A stretch of 64,000 nt of DNA from an uncultured Butyrivibrio sp. (GCA_946623755.1 CAMORK010000001.1:67674-131673), one strand, 5' to 3'; counted from the stretch's first letter, positions 27,121-37,900 are shown. The notes: generated by a model from the letters alone, not told the origin. Made by a program: numbers and translations.

Positions 27121-28425
27121 TCATGTGCTCTTTTTAAATAATCTCTTCAAAAAAACAAAGTCTTCCTTTTGCACCAAAAACATTTTATCAATTTTTATGC
27201 CATTACTTTTTGCAAACCAAACAACAAACACAACTCCCGTAATAAAATATCCAACTCCAGATGCAAATGCAGCTCCTTGTAGCTCATACTTCGGTATAAG
27301 TAGTATGTTTAACACCAAGTTAACCAGCACAGATATAGACAACAGCAGTAGGTTCCTAAATTGCATATGGTTGATTATATTGAATTGTGCTATTAACTTG
27401 AAATATCCTACAAACACTGAGCCAAACATACATATTATTAAGACATCATATGCCCCCTGATATTCAGCACCGTATAATATATCTATTATTTTTCTTCCAA
27501 ATAGTAGCAAAGAAATCCCAATGATCGCGCTCACTAAAAACGAAATCCTACATACCTTCGCAACCTCATTCTCATCCGCGCCTTTTGATAGTCTTGATAT
27601 GAGAACCCCCTTTAATGTATCCGGAATAATCGCAATTTTATCCGCAAAATTCATCCCAATAGAATAAACACCAATTTGTGCGGAAGTAATAAATGGAAAT
27701 GCACGCAACATTAGTACATCTATTTTGTAATTGAGAGTAGTCATAAGTAATGACAACATTGGGAAAAATCCGAATATTGCAGCCTCACGCAAGAATCTAA
27801 GATTTACATTTTGTACTTTAGGCACAACGCGTAATCTAATTGAAAAAACAACACATTTAAGAACCTCTTCAAAAGTCAGAATGAAAACAACCATGTTAAA
27901 GTTTCGTGAAACATATCTTGTGAGCAGCATCACAAGAAAAAGATCTATCAGCGCTATTATAATTGTCCAAGAATTATTCTTATTTGGGTTTTCGATAAGG
28001 CTTACATACTGTACTACCTTGGAATATCCAAAGAGGGGTATCAGTATAATAGAGACTTTGAGTTCTGCAGAACATGGAGATATTGTTGCAATGCACACTG
28101 AAATTAAAAGAAATGCTAAAAACAAAAAAAAGATGGAACTAATGTACTCTTCATAGATAGCATTCTTACCCTTTTCTTTTCTAAGGTAAGGGTATGCCTG
28201 ATGAATACCGCATGATATAACGATTGCTCCAACAGAAACAACCGACGAAATATACGCGTTAATACCCTGCAATCCTGCTCCCAAATAACGTGCAACAAGA
28301 ATCGATCTCCCTAAGACAATCAGCACGATAAGAATTTTGGTACAAACAGAAAACAAGTATTCATTTCCAATAAAAACTATTATTGGGTTCTTATTCTTTT
28401 TGTGATTAACGTTTTTAGTATTCAT
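27121..28425 (-). CDS. wzx: Polysaccharide flippase
   Basis: Multi-TM; ARYLG, KIDVLML, GVYS, LIPKYELQGAAFAS. Confidence 0.88.
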   Translation of the reverse strand: MNTKNVNHKKNKNPIIVFIGNEYLFSVCTKILIVLIVLGRSILVARYLGAGLQGINAYISSVVSVGAIVISCGIHQAYPYLRKEKGKNAIYEEYISSIFFLFLAFLLISVCIATISPCSAELKVSIILIPLFGYSKVVQYVSLIENPNKNNSWTIIIALIDLFLVMLLTRYVSRNFNMVVFILTFEEVLKCVVFSIRLRVVPKVQNVNLRFLREAAIFGFFPMLSLLMTTLNYKIDVLMLRAFPFITSAQIGVYSIGMNFADKIAIIPDTLKGVLISRLSKGADENEVAKVCRISFLVSAIIGISLLLFGRKIIDILYGAEYQGAYDVLIICMFGSVFVGYFKLIAQFNIINHMQFRNLLLLSISVLVNLVLNILLIPKYELQGAAFASGVGYFITGVVFVVWFAKSNGIKIDKMFLVQKEDFVFLKRLFKKST

Positions 28426-28578
28426 TCAACTGTAATTGCCTATCTTCATACATATCAGTGTTTTGTAAAACCAGAAACAATTCTACCTTGAGCATTTCTG
28501 GCAATCTCCCGAAACTCGAATCTTGTACACTCCACACACATTTCTTTCATTTGGCTTTCTTTAAACAGGATGCATATA

Positions 28579-29808
28579 TCAATTCCTTGTTTCGATCATT
28601 CGTCCCCAAACAAATCGAACTCGTCTATTATTCTGATATAAATAATGAGTCATAGTTTTAGCATATATAGGGTAAGACATAGAAAGCAAAAATACATTGT
28701 GCGACATCATATAAAAACCGGTTGTCATAATACCATATACTGAATATGCAAAAAGAATTACAACCATAGCGTAATTATCATTTTTGGCAAAGTAGATAAT
28801 AGCCATTATCCAAAGTATGCTAAAGATTAGATAAGCAATCAATCCAAAGCGCAATAGAATACTCAAATATGCATTATCTAAATACCACTGTCGATAAACG
28901 CCAACAAACTTTCTGTCCTGGACTAAAGTATTAACCTTTTGCCCCCATATACTTATTCCGTAATAATCATACATTCTGTGCCCATATAAGAACCGTCTTG
29001 AAAGGAATCTATCAATTCTGTTAAAAGTATCATTCTTTTGCGGATCAAAAAATGAAGCAATAACTGTAATTGCATTAATGAAAACGGATGTTATCACCAT
29101 AGCGTTTATTAGTATCTTTTTATTTAGACTGTATTTATCATAAATTCCGCCCACAAAGATCATTATCATCAAAATCGCCAAGCCCACAAAAGCTGTTTGG
29201 GAATTTGGAACAATGTACACAAATAACGCTGCCATTAGTAATATAAGGAATCGAAATAATCTATATCTGCTGTTTCTATATTTGTAACTAAAACACAGCA
29301 TTAACTGGAAAATTCTCATTCCCAATCTATTAGGATGTTCAAAGCCCAACGCATGACGAATGGTCCCGCCTCTATACATAGTATAGTCTGGCAAAATGCC
29401 TATAATACACATGAAAATTATTAGTGGAATTATTATCAGCAGTAGAAAAAAATACATTTCAACAATCTGATCAATGTCAGCGTATTTTGCCGCAACAACG
29501 AACAGAAGCAATGAAATCAGATAATTGTTATCAGCCTTGAGTGTCGCTATAACAAATGGTATTGTGATTATTACAAGTATAATTAATTCATGAAATGAGT
29601 ATCTTTGCAAGAAAACTATTATAGCCAAAAGCACTACCAAAACAAACAAATCAATAATCCTATCTACATCAATATAATCAACCTTAAAAACAAATGCTGC
29701 AAAAGCATTTATATTTGTTTCAAATGCAGTTCGCATAATAATATCAAAAGCACACCACACTCCAAATACAATATTAAATATCTTTCTTGCTAGTTCTTCT
29801 CTTTCCAA
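28579..29808 (-). CDS. wzy: Polysaccharide polymerase
   Basis: Multi-TM; RHALGFEHPN, SQT, LDNAY..LLRFG; start (TTG) uncertain. Confidence 0.8.
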   Translation of the reverse strand: MEREELARKIFNIVFGVWCAFDIIMRTAFETNINAFAAFVFKVDYIDVDRIIDLFVLVVLLAIIVFLQRYSFHELIILVIITIPFVIATLKADNNYLISLLLFVVAAKYADIDQIVEMYFFLLLIIIPLIIFMCIIGILPDYTMYRGGTIRHALGFEHPNRLGMRIFQLMLCFSYKYRNSRYRLFRFLILLMAALFVYIVPNSQTAFVGLAILMIMIFVGGIYDKYSLNKKILINAMVITSVFINAITVIASFFDPQKNDTFNRIDRFLSRRFLYGHRMYDYYGISIWGQKVNTLVQDRKFVGVYRQWYLDNAYLSILLRFGLIAYLIFSILWIMAIIYFAKNDNYAMVVILFAYSVYGIMTTGFYMMSHNVFLLSMSYPIYAKTMTHYLYQNNRRVRFVWGRMIETRN

Positions 29809-29858
29809 GACACGTCTCCAACGATAAAATATTCTTTCTCTTAATATAAACGAATGTA

Positions 29859-30890
29859 CTATACACGTTTATTTCCATCTATCTTATACTCAGTCTTAAT
29901 GCGTAAATATGTTTTAAAGAATAGAACTGGTGACATATACTCCTTAGCGATAATCCTAACTCTTTTCTTCTTCAATTCCACAGCCGCAACCAGTATCTTT
30001 TTCACACTCATTCCCTTTTGATATGCATCATATAACAGCTTTCCTCCGCTCATTCTTATGTGCTCAAAATCTTTTTTCTCATAATGATTTTCCAAGAATT
30101 TGTAGCTCTTAATGAACTCTCCCATTCTGTCGGCAAATGCTTGATCAGATTGGATTGTAGTTAATGAGCCATCTGTTTTGGTAACACAATAAATCACCTC
30201 ATCTGTAAACCTTTTGTTTTTACAAAAGAAAAACAGTTGTTTTGACATGAGCATATCATTAGCATACATTGTTTCAGAACATCTACATTTGTTTTTTTCG
30301 ATGACATCTCGTCTAAATAACTTTCCCCAAATACAATGAATCCTCGCACATTTCATATAATTCTCTTGAGAAGGATTTTCTAAGTACTCAGTAATACTTC
30401 TTTGTTGTCCAAGATGTCTAATTCCAACCGTCTTTAAATCTTCAGAAACAGATGTCGGAGAAAAATAGATTGCATCATACTCAGAATTAAAATAACCGCT
30501 TGCAATTCCATACCAATTCACAGTAAAAAAATCATCCGCATCCGCAAAAAGTATCCACTTACCTTTCGCTTTTTCCAGCCCTATATTCCTACATGCACCT
30601 GCGGATTGAGTACCCGTGTTATTTTTATAAAACTCAACAGAATCATAATATTTCTCTTCAATTTTTTTGAGAGAATCCAGGCTTTTAGTACTATTATCAT
30701 CAATCACAATGGTTTGAACATCATCATGTATTCCTATGGATTTCAAAAGTCTGTCAAGAGTTTCCACAGAATTATAATGAGGTATTACCACAGAAACCGT
30801 AATATTAGTCGTTTTCACGTTTTGTTCATTACTTATTTTTTCACTTATTGATTGCATATTATCTATTCTCACCAGGCTTTTATATTCCAT
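29859..30890 (-). CDS. Glycosyltransferase family 2
   Basis: VSVVIPHYN, IDDNS, ACRNIGL, FADADD; start may be at the second Met. Confidence 0.9.
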   Translation of the reverse strand: MEYKSLVRIDNMQSISEKISNEQNVKTTNITVSVVIPHYNSVETLDRLLKSIGIHDDVQTIVIDDNSTKSLDSLKKIEEKYYDSVEFYKNNTGTQSAGACRNIGLEKAKGKWILFADADDFFTVNWYGIASGYFNSEYDAIYFSPTSVSEDLKTVGIRHLGQQRSITEYLENPSQENYMKCARIHCIWGKLFRRDVIEKNKCRCSETMYANDMLMSKQLFFFCKNKRFTDEVIYCVTKTDGSLTTIQSDQAFADRMGEFIKSYKFLENHYEKKDFEHIRMSGGKLLYDAYQKGMSVKKILVAAVELKKKRVRIIAKEYMSPVLFFKTYLRIKTEYKIDGNKRV

Positions 30891-30942
30891 CTGATAATAA
30901 TGTTGTTTCGGTTCTTATCCAAATAATTCTATGAAGTGTTAT

Positions 30943-31872
30943 CTAATGAATTTCCGGTTTTTGAAAATCCATTATTTCACCTTTTACTCTCTCCACCACC
31001 GGCCTGAATCTAAATCCATCATGATATCCCTTTATAAGAATGCATATTTTCTTCTTTTTATTATGTTTTTCTTTTAATACAACCATTAGAAAAGTATAAA
31101 GAAATTTGATTGAAAGATATGCATACCCCTTCAAACCAAATTGTCCATAACAATGAACATCATTGCGATACAGATGCTCATATCTGTATAATCTATCGGG
31201 TGTATCTTTGACCAAATTAGCTTTCATATTAGCTTTCATAGCATGAGTAACTTTACTTGCAGGAACCACATATACCGGGTACTTCCTACCTATACGGCTG
31301 CTGAATTCATAATCGTCAGTATAGAAAAAATACTCTGCTATTGGCAATCCAACATCTCTCACCGCTTTAGCCTTTATAAACATTGAAGCAGCAGAAACCA
31401 TGCACGCTTTAACAAAACGCTTGTTATAATCTTCTTTATTCATGAATCGAAAAAGTGATTTCTTCTGCCTGTTTGACTCACAAATACTACCATCTGTCCA
31501 GTACGCAACACTTGATAAAATTCCCCAATTTCCGCCCAATTCGTCATCAGCTTTAAGAAGCTCTTCCAATGAATTATCATAAGGTATGACATCATCATCC
31601 ATTAACCATATGTACTTATATCCACATTTTACAGCCTCTTTGATTCCCCAAGCTTGTGATCCGGCACTTCCCAAATTTTCCCCTAAATTGTAATATTTTA
31701 TCTCATCTTGTTTGAACACAGTTGAAAAAAGCTGCTCTGTTCCGTCTTCACTTCCATTATCTACGACGATTGTGTCACAACATGCATTTTTTTGATTTAG
31801 AATAGCCCAGATACACTTTTCAAGTAATTCTCTACGATTATATGTTGCTACAACAGCGCAGACCTCTTTCAT
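30943..31872 (-). CDS. Glycosyltransferase family 2 (galactofuranosyltransferase-like)
   Basis: VVATYNRRELL, VDNGSEDGT, WLMDDD, VGLP..FFYTDDYEF. Confidence 0.88.
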   Translation of the reverse strand: MKEVCAVVATYNRRELLEKCIWAILNQKNACCDTIVVDNGSEDGTEQLFSTVFKQDEIKYYNLGENLGSAGSQAWGIKEAVKCGYKYIWLMDDDVIPYDNSLEELLKADDELGGNWGILSSVAYWTDGSICESNRQKKSLFRFMNKEDYNKRFVKACMVSAASMFIKAKAVRDVGLPIAEYFFYTDDYEFSSRIGRKYPVYVVPASKVTHAMKANMKANLVKDTPDRLYRYEHLYRNDVHCYGQFGLKGYAYLSIKFLYTFLMVVLKEKHNKKKKICILIKGYHDGFRFRPVVERVKGEIMDFQKPEIH

Positions 31873-31978
31873 TCGTTTTACCCCAACAAAATAAAAAGTT
31901 CTTATACTTTTACGGATAGACGCACTAATCCAATTCTTTCAATCGCTTAAACATTAAAGACTTCATACATCTTAATTA

Positions 31979-33025
31979 CTACTCTCTTGTCAATAGATTT
32001 CCTTTTACTTCTTGAAATTCATAATCCAATTCTGATAAGTACTTTTCATTCAGGTTAATTCTTTGTATTGCATTCACATTTTCAACTGCGCTTGAACATA
32101 GTGCGACCGCAAATGAGAATTGTTTTCCTATTATATTCAAAAGCTCACTCGGAAAATCACTTTTAATGACTCTAGCGTTACAAAAAGAGTATTGTGTTGT
32201 ATCCCTAGGATGCTTCTTTACAACCAAACTTCCATATTTTGAATAGTAGTCAACAATATCTGTATATATTCTCTTCTTCTGGTCTTCACTAACATATCCA
32301 TCTTCTGATATTGGTTGAGTAAAGATTATTCCCTTAATGTTTTCAAGTTGCTTTTTTAACTCAATCATTTGCGTTCCCATTCCAAACACATCAACAACAG
32401 CACTAATCTGTTGATTCGTTAATCCGCTTATTATTTCACCAAACGAAAATGTCTGCATGGATACTGGAATCTTGTAATACTTTTGAGGAAACTGAACAAA
32501 AACCTGATCAATTCTATTATCATCCCAAAAATCCAGCTGATTCCCATAAAGCTTTTTAAGTGATAAAACCAATGAGCTTTGGCTTGGAGTCACAAATTGT
32601 GTCGCCCCTTCTTCAATAAACAGCGCTCTATAACAATACTTAAAATATATACTTGCTGGGTATAGTACTATTCTAGGATTCCACGCAAAATTTATTAAAT
32701 AATAATCATTACCCAAAAGATTCATTTCTCTAAAAATCTTTTTTTTGATTCTAATGTTATCAATATCACTCAATCCCAATGCGCGATATATCTTTGATCG
32801 CTTATTGATTACAGCATTTTTAATCCCCAGTTTTCTCATTTTTTTTGATATTTCATAAAATGTACTTAATACCCGTTTTTCAGGCGAAAACATAATAATA
32901 TAAGATAAATCTGAATTCCCGTATAAAACAATAAAAAGAAATGCCAAAAGTGCATTATACTGAGAACTACATGTATAAATTTGTGGTATTGAGCACTGTT
33001 TTATATAGTCTTTAATTTCGCGCAT
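31979..33025 (-). CDS. Sialyl/ulosonyl-transferase (GT52-like)
   Basis: IEEG and KHPRD motifs, FTQP; lies downstream of neuA/neuB-like genes. Confidence 0.75.
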   Translation of the reverse strand: MREIKDYIKQCSIPQIYTCSSQYNALLAFLFIVLYGNSDLSYIIMFSPEKRVLSTFYEISKKMRKLGIKNAVINKRSKIYRALGLSDIDNIRIKKKIFREMNLLGNDYYLINFAWNPRIVLYPASIYFKYCYRALFIEEGATQFVTPSQSSLVLSLKKLYGNQLDFWDDNRIDQVFVQFPQKYYKIPVSMQTFSFGEIISGLTNQQISAVVDVFGMGTQMIELKKQLENIKGIIFTQPISEDGYVSEDQKKRIYTDIVDYYSKYGSLVVKKHPRDTTQYSFCNARVIKSDFPSELLNIIGKQFSFAVALCSSAVENVNAIQRINLNEKYLSELDYEFQEVKGNLLTRE

Positions 33026-33126
33026 GTAACGACCATCCTTAACAATCCCTATCCTCGTTTGAATAACAAAGCATAACATTCCCCATTTAAAATAGCATTA
33101 ATGCATTCACATAATTAGAAGACTTA

Positions 33127-34026
33127 TCACTCTTGCGTCAATATCCATTCTGTTATTTTTCTTTCTGTAACTCCCCAATCTATTCCACTACGATAATGCT
33201 TATTATCGCAATATCTACAAGCAGGAACAGCTGATGCCAAATGTTTCATTATAGCCTTTGAGTCATCGCAAGCATAAATATCAATTCCATCTTCATCACA
33301 TACTTTAATATCTGTTCCGAAATAATTATTAAATGTAAAAAAATTTGGGATCGCTTCACAAGTGTAAAGTTTACCGTCCTTCAAAGTAATACACTTATTT
33401 CCTTTACCACATAATTTATAACTAATTTTAGGATTTTGGCTTCCTTTAAGATCAATTGGAGTCATATACATTGTCTTTAAAACATCTCCTGATTCAAAGG
33501 CATATCTGAATTTAACCTCGTTCTTCTCTGCCAAAGCTTTTGCTTTATCATAATCAAAATCTATTGGGTACTTAGTTACATATAGCAAAACATCATCTGT
33601 TTTTAGACTTTTCCAAAAAGAGTCATTTTTATCCAAAAGAAGAGTGCCATTTGTTATAATACGAATTAGCGCATCAGGGAACAATTCTCTGGCGATATGA
33701 CAATAACTAGTTATTTTCTTGTTAAGTAATGGTTCGCCCCCTATTAAAGTAATCCACTCCACATCATTATTGAACACTTCTCTTAAACGAACCAAATCTC
33801 TTTTATATTCATCAATGTCTAAAAAAGACGGTTTTGCTATGCAAGAAAAATTGTCGCAACCACGACAATTTAGATTACAGTGATCAACCACATGTATCTC
33901 AACCCTTAGTTTTGTTTTAGGTTTTTTGGGGTTAAAAACAATTCTCATAATTTGCCAAATTCGATCTGGAATATAGCATTTTATCTTATTTTTAATTTGT
34001 TCAGCTTTATTTCTCATATCACACAA
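33127..34026 (-). CDS. Radical SAM protein with C-terminal Cys cluster
   Basis: CNLNCRGC, GGEPLL, TNG, LYTC, CRYC. Confidence 0.85.
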   Translation of the reverse strand: MCDMRNKAEQIKNKIKCYIPDRIWQIMRIVFNPKKPKTKLRVEIHVVDHCNLNCRGCDNFSCIAKPSFLDIDEYKRDLVRLREVFNNDVEWITLIGGEPLLNKKITSYCHIARELFPDALIRIITNGTLLLDKNDSFWKSLKTDDVLLYVTKYPIDFDYDKAKALAEKNEVKFRYAFESGDVLKTMYMTPIDLKGSQNPKISYKLCGKGNKCITLKDGKLYTCEAIPNFFTFNNYFGTDIKVCDEDGIDIYACDDSKAIMKHLASAVPACRYCDNKHYRSGIDWGVTERKITEWILTQE

Positions 34027-34126
34027 AAACCTTTACACACACAAGTTTCGGCTTAGTTCAATCCACTTTAGCAGTATCTCAATTATTAGATAATATGTTT
34101 TATCTCCGGTATTGTTCATACCCCTA

Positions 34127-35314
34127 TTACACTCTCCATAGAATATTCAACACTTCCCTTACAACTCCTTCTCCACCTTTACAGCTAGCAATATAATCTG
34201 CCGTTTCTCGTATTTCGCTCAGAGCATCCGCCGGGCATGCCGAGTATCCCACAGCACTCATAGCACCAATATCATTGATATCATCACCGATATATAGCAC
34301 TTCTTCCATTGCCACATCATATCTGTCAATCAAAGTCTTTAACGCCTCTAGCTTATCTTTTACCCCTTGCTCTATAAAACTAAGTCCAAGTTTGTCTGCT
34401 CTCCTTTGGTTGAGTTTCATGTTTTCACCAGTTATTATTCCGACGATTATTCCTTGATCTCGGAGCCTCGCAAGTGCCATACCATCTTTGGTGTTGAACT
34501 TCTTTAATTCATCTCCATTTTCCGAATAATACATTCCTCCATCAGTAAGGCAGCCATCGCAATCCGTTACAACCATTCTGATTGGTTTTCTATTTTGATT
34601 TCTCTGTGCTTTAAGCCTTCTTTGAAGTAACTTTTCAACGATAATAAAGTCGTCTGGTTCATCAATTTCTATGGCAGTATTCTCATCCATTACATACGAT
34701 TTGATATGACCAGAGATACGGCATTTAGTCGTTAGCAGACCTGATTTTGTGGTTATGTAAAACGCACCGTTTTCCATGAAATATCCTTCAAACTCCTGTC
34801 TTCTGGGGCGATTTAAATAATCATAGTTTGACGGCACAGCATTTTCACCATCCAGTTCCCACAAAAAGCGCTTTTGCACAACTAATGAAATAACGCTATC
34901 CGTATCCGGGGTATTAAATACTTCAAGACCGCCATCTATGTCTTTTCCCTGCAGCAATGGAGATGTCGCTTGAACAAGCACAATACTCTCAAAATCATAT
35001 TTTGCAGCGAACTCAAGCATCACAGACTCAGTCGACGCTGTATCACTTGCATTTTTTTCATTCCTGTCTATGACAACAAGTTTAGAGAACAGCTCTTTTT
35101 CCTTATCAGCAAAACTCGTAACACACTTCTTGATCTCATCACTGTCAGTAGCCACATATACTTTATCCACAAGCGCTGCTTCGCATGCAGCTTTTGCCGT
35201 CCAATATACTAGTGGCTTGCCGCATAGTTCTTTAATATTCTTAAGTGGTATTGATTTGCTTCCGCCTCTTACCGGAATAAGTGCAACTGTCTTATCCATA
35301 GCGCCGATCCTCAT
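34127..35314 (-). CDS. neuA: CMP-nonulosonate synthetase fused to a KdsC-type HAD phosphatase
   Basis: PVRGGSKSIPLKN, QATSP, EIDEPDD; then DCDGCLTDG, FNTKDG, GDDIND. Confidence 0.88.
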   Translation of the reverse strand: MRIGAMDKTVALIPVRGGSKSIPLKNIKELCGKPLVYWTAKAACEAALVDKVYVATDSDEIKKCVTSFADKEKELFSKLVVIDRNEKNASDTASTESVMLEFAAKYDFESIVLVQATSPLLQGKDIDGGLEVFNTPDTDSVISLVVQKRFLWELDGENAVPSNYDYLNRPRRQEFEGYFMENGAFYITTKSGLLTTKCRISGHIKSYVMDENTAIEIDEPDDFIIVEKLLQRRLKAQRNQNRKPIRMVVTDCDGCLTDGGMYYSENGDELKKFNTKDGMALARLRDQGIIVGIITGENMKLNQRRADKLGLSFIEQGVKDKLEALKTLIDRYDVAMEEVLYIGDDINDIGAMSAVGYSACPADALSEIRETADYIASCKGGEGVVREVLNILWRV

Positions 35315-35329
35315 TGAAATAATCTCGTG

Positions 35330-36208
35330 TTACTCAACTCTCAGCTTTTTTCTTACCTTCATTTCATCTTCATCAAGTCTCTTTTTTCCATCACCAAGCA
35401 TTGTCTGGATATCAATGCATCTGTGATACAACATAAACATCGCATTGATTTCAAGACTTGCCTTCTGGTCTGTCCCCCACATAGCATGCGACAACGTGAC
35501 ATGTCTTTCTACTATCGAAGCTCCCAGGGTTACCGCTGCAACCGTCGGTTCAAGGTTTTGCTCGTGGCCACTATAGCCCACAACACATCCGTATCTTTCT
35601 TTTAGTGTCTTTATGTAGTTGAGATTTAAACTCTCTACAGGTGCTGGATAAACAGAATTAGTGTGAAGAAGAGCATAATTACCATTACTAAAATCTTCTA
35701 AGGCCGAAACTGCCTTATCTAGCTCTTCCTGTGTAGACATGCCTGTAGACATTATGATAGGTTTTCCGCTTTCGCAAGCTCTTTTTATCAGATCAATATT
35801 GCCATTGGTTGCTGATGCAAGCTTAATAAAGGGAATATCATACTGAATCAGGAATTCCAGACTTGGTAAATCCCAAGGTGATGCAGTCCATGAAATCGGT
35901 TTTTCAGCACAGTACTTATCTATGTAGTCGTACTCGTTTTTGCCAAACTCGATTCTTTTCTTGTAGTCGAGATAAGTCATCTCTCCCCAGGGTGTTTGCC
36001 TTAAAACACCTTTTTGACTCTCAGGAACTGCCAGATCCGGGGTCCTTTTTTGAAATTTCACACAATCCCATCCAATCGCAAACGAAGCATCTATCAGTTT
36101 TTTTGCGATTTCGAGATCCCCATTATGATTGATTCCTATTTCTGCTATAAAATATGGCTCATGTCCTTCTCCAACAGTTTTGCCACCCAGAGTCATTACA
36201 TTTCCCAT
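35330..36208 (-). CDS. neuB: NeuB-family nonulosonate(-9-P) synthase without C-terminal SAF domain
   Basis: AEIGINHNGD, KFQKR, STGM, YPAP, GYSGHE, ERHVTL; 292 aa. Confidence 0.92.
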   Translation of the reverse strand: MGNVMTLGGKTVGEGHEPYFIAEIGINHNGDLEIAKKLIDASFAIGWDCVKFQKRTPDLAVPESQKGVLRQTPWGEMTYLDYKKRIEFGKNEYDYIDKYCAEKPISWTASPWDLPSLEFLIQYDIPFIKLASATNGNIDLIKRACESGKPIIMSTGMSTQEELDKAVSALEDFSNGNYALLHTNSVYPAPVESLNLNYIKTLKERYGCVVGYSGHEQNLEPTVAAVTLGASIVERHVTLSHAMWGTDQKASLEINAMFMLYHRCIDIQTMLGDGKKRLDEDEMKVRKKLRVE

Positions 36209-36268
36209 ATATTTCCCCCTATCTGTATTATGGACAATACTTATCCGAAATTATAGAAATACAATTAT

Positions 36269-36333
36269 ATTATAATCTATATCTAGTACTTTGTCATAGA
36301 AAAAAGCGTAGATTTTGGGCAATCTACGCTTTT
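36269..36333 (-). promoter_or_regulatory. Terminator plus sigma-70 promoter module, copy 1 (drives the neuB operon)
   Basis: Hairpin AAAAGCGTAGATT..AATCTACGCTTTT, then ATGACA(36297-36292)-17 nt-TATAAT(36274-36269). Confidence 0.8.
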
Positions 36334-36421
36334 AAAACATTCTGTTATTGATATTAATCTCTCATTGATGCCCGAACTCTGATGCATCATTTCTGTATAA
36401 TTTTCTACAATCGTTTTCTTT

Positions 36422-37594
36422 GACCGAAAGGTAATTGATGATGACGGACATAAAATAACCTTCAAACACAAATCCCGCATCTTCCCAAAGGAGCTGCATG
36501 TAAATGTAACAAAGCCAGATCAGAAAGAGCCCGTAAAAAAGAAAGTTGTTGTGGACCAGAAGCAGCTTGTCTACTACTCAGAGAAATATGCAAAAAAGCA
36601 GAAAGCTGACCGTGAAGCCATGATCAAACGTGCCAAAGACCTGATAAAAAATCCAAAGAAGTATACACGGGTAACTGCAAGAGGCAGCGCGTCATACGTG
36701 GTAAATATAGCGTTTGACAAGAAAACTGGGGAAATAGTCGAAGGCAGAAATCTTGAACTTGATATCGATAAGATCAGGGAAGAAGAAAAATATGATGGTT
36801 ACTACGCTATTGTAACCAGCGAATTAAACATGAGTGACGAAGAGATGCGCAATGTCTACAGGGGGCTTGCAAGGATTGAAGACTCATTCAAAGTAACAAA
36901 GACTTTCTTTGAATCACGCCCTGTATATCTTAGAACCAATAAGCACATCGACGCTCACTTTACCACCTGCTTCCTTGCACTGGTACTTGTGAGACTGTTA
37001 GAGAAAAAACTTGACGGAAAATATCAGGCAGGAAGAATCATAGATTCGCTGAAGAAATACAACTGTACAAAGCTTCACACAAATCTGTGGAGATTCACCT
37101 ACTATGACGAAGTCATTGATGAATGCAGCAAAGCCTTTGGGTTGACACTTAATCTTCAGAATCGAAAACAGCAGGACATTCAGCGCCTGTTACGTTACTG
37201 AAAAGGAAGAAATCCCAATCATGGGATTTCTCTGAAACAAGTGCATCAAAGATGCACAAAAATCCTTATTCGGGCTTGTCTAACCGTACTAACATATCTA
37301 TAGGTTAGTCAAGGCCAAAGCCGCGAAGCGGTGCCCTGCGGGCAGCCTTGACAAACCTATAGATATGTTGGAGAAAGTAACCAAGCCCGAATTAAGGATA
37401 AGAGCGCTCCGCGCTCTATATTCAATGGCAACTGCCTTGGCAGTTGGCTTCCTTTCTTGCTTTCTACATGGGTTGCAAAACACCGTCAAATTTTTCTTGA
37501 TTGCTATGAAATAAATGCTGTTGCGCCATACAGAAGAAAAGGCTCAATCCCAGATGTGCTCTAGGATTGAGCCTGTTTTGCTTCTGAACTTGAG
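36422..37594 (+). mobile_element. 5'-truncated IS1634-family (IS4-like) insertion sequence
   Basis: Frame 36422-37201 has YDGYYAIVTS, YRGLARIEDSFKVTK, RPVY, HIDAHF; no N-terminus; probable right end ...TGAACTTGAG at 37594. Confidence 0.8.
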
Positions 37595-37651
37595 ATATCT
37601 AGTACTTTGTCATAGAAAAAAGCGTAGATTTTGTATCAAATCTACGCTTTT
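37595..37651 (-). promoter_or_regulatory. Terminator plus promoter module, copy 2; promoter cut by the IS end
   Basis: 39 bp identical to 36279-36317; -35 ATGACA kept, -10 replaced by IS sequence. Confidence 0.75.
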
Positions 37652-37681
37652 TACCCCTCTTTTTTATCGACTCTTTTAACA

Positions 37682-37900
37682 TTATTTTTTCACAAGCATC
37701 TCTTCCTGAACTTTCAAAACCTGCTCCATTGGATATTTGCAAAACTCAACAATTGCTTCAGGGGTTTTGCCATCCTTTAGCATCTCCATAATTTTCTGAC
37801 AATCTCTTTTCTCTATGCCCTTTTCAATGCCCTTTTCAATGCCTTTGCTTTCCGCTTCTTTCAAATCATCTGCCATAAGTTCTCTCAATGCTTCACACAT
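37682..37900 (-). CDS. Putative internally initiated RpnS-like 72-aa product
   Basis: In-frame ATG at 37900 with AGGAG 8 nt upstream. Confidence 0.55.
   Translation of the reverse strand: MCEALRELMADDLKEAESKGIEKGIEKGIEKRDCQKIMEMLKDGKTPEAIVEFCKYPMEQVLKVQEEMLVKK

Noticed and set aside
23396-34026. RiPP cluster made of the GG-leader peptide and the radical SAM gene
   Set aside because: They are nearly 10 kb apart, the SAM enzyme sits among glycan genes with no evident RRE domain, and no peptidase-transporter is present.
36279-37633. 39-bp direct repeat as a clean IS target-site duplication
   Set aside because: The left IS end is missing, about 100 bp of unrelated sequence intervenes, the hairpin loops differ, and a third related copy exists at 39.7 kb. 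Cannot be asserted.
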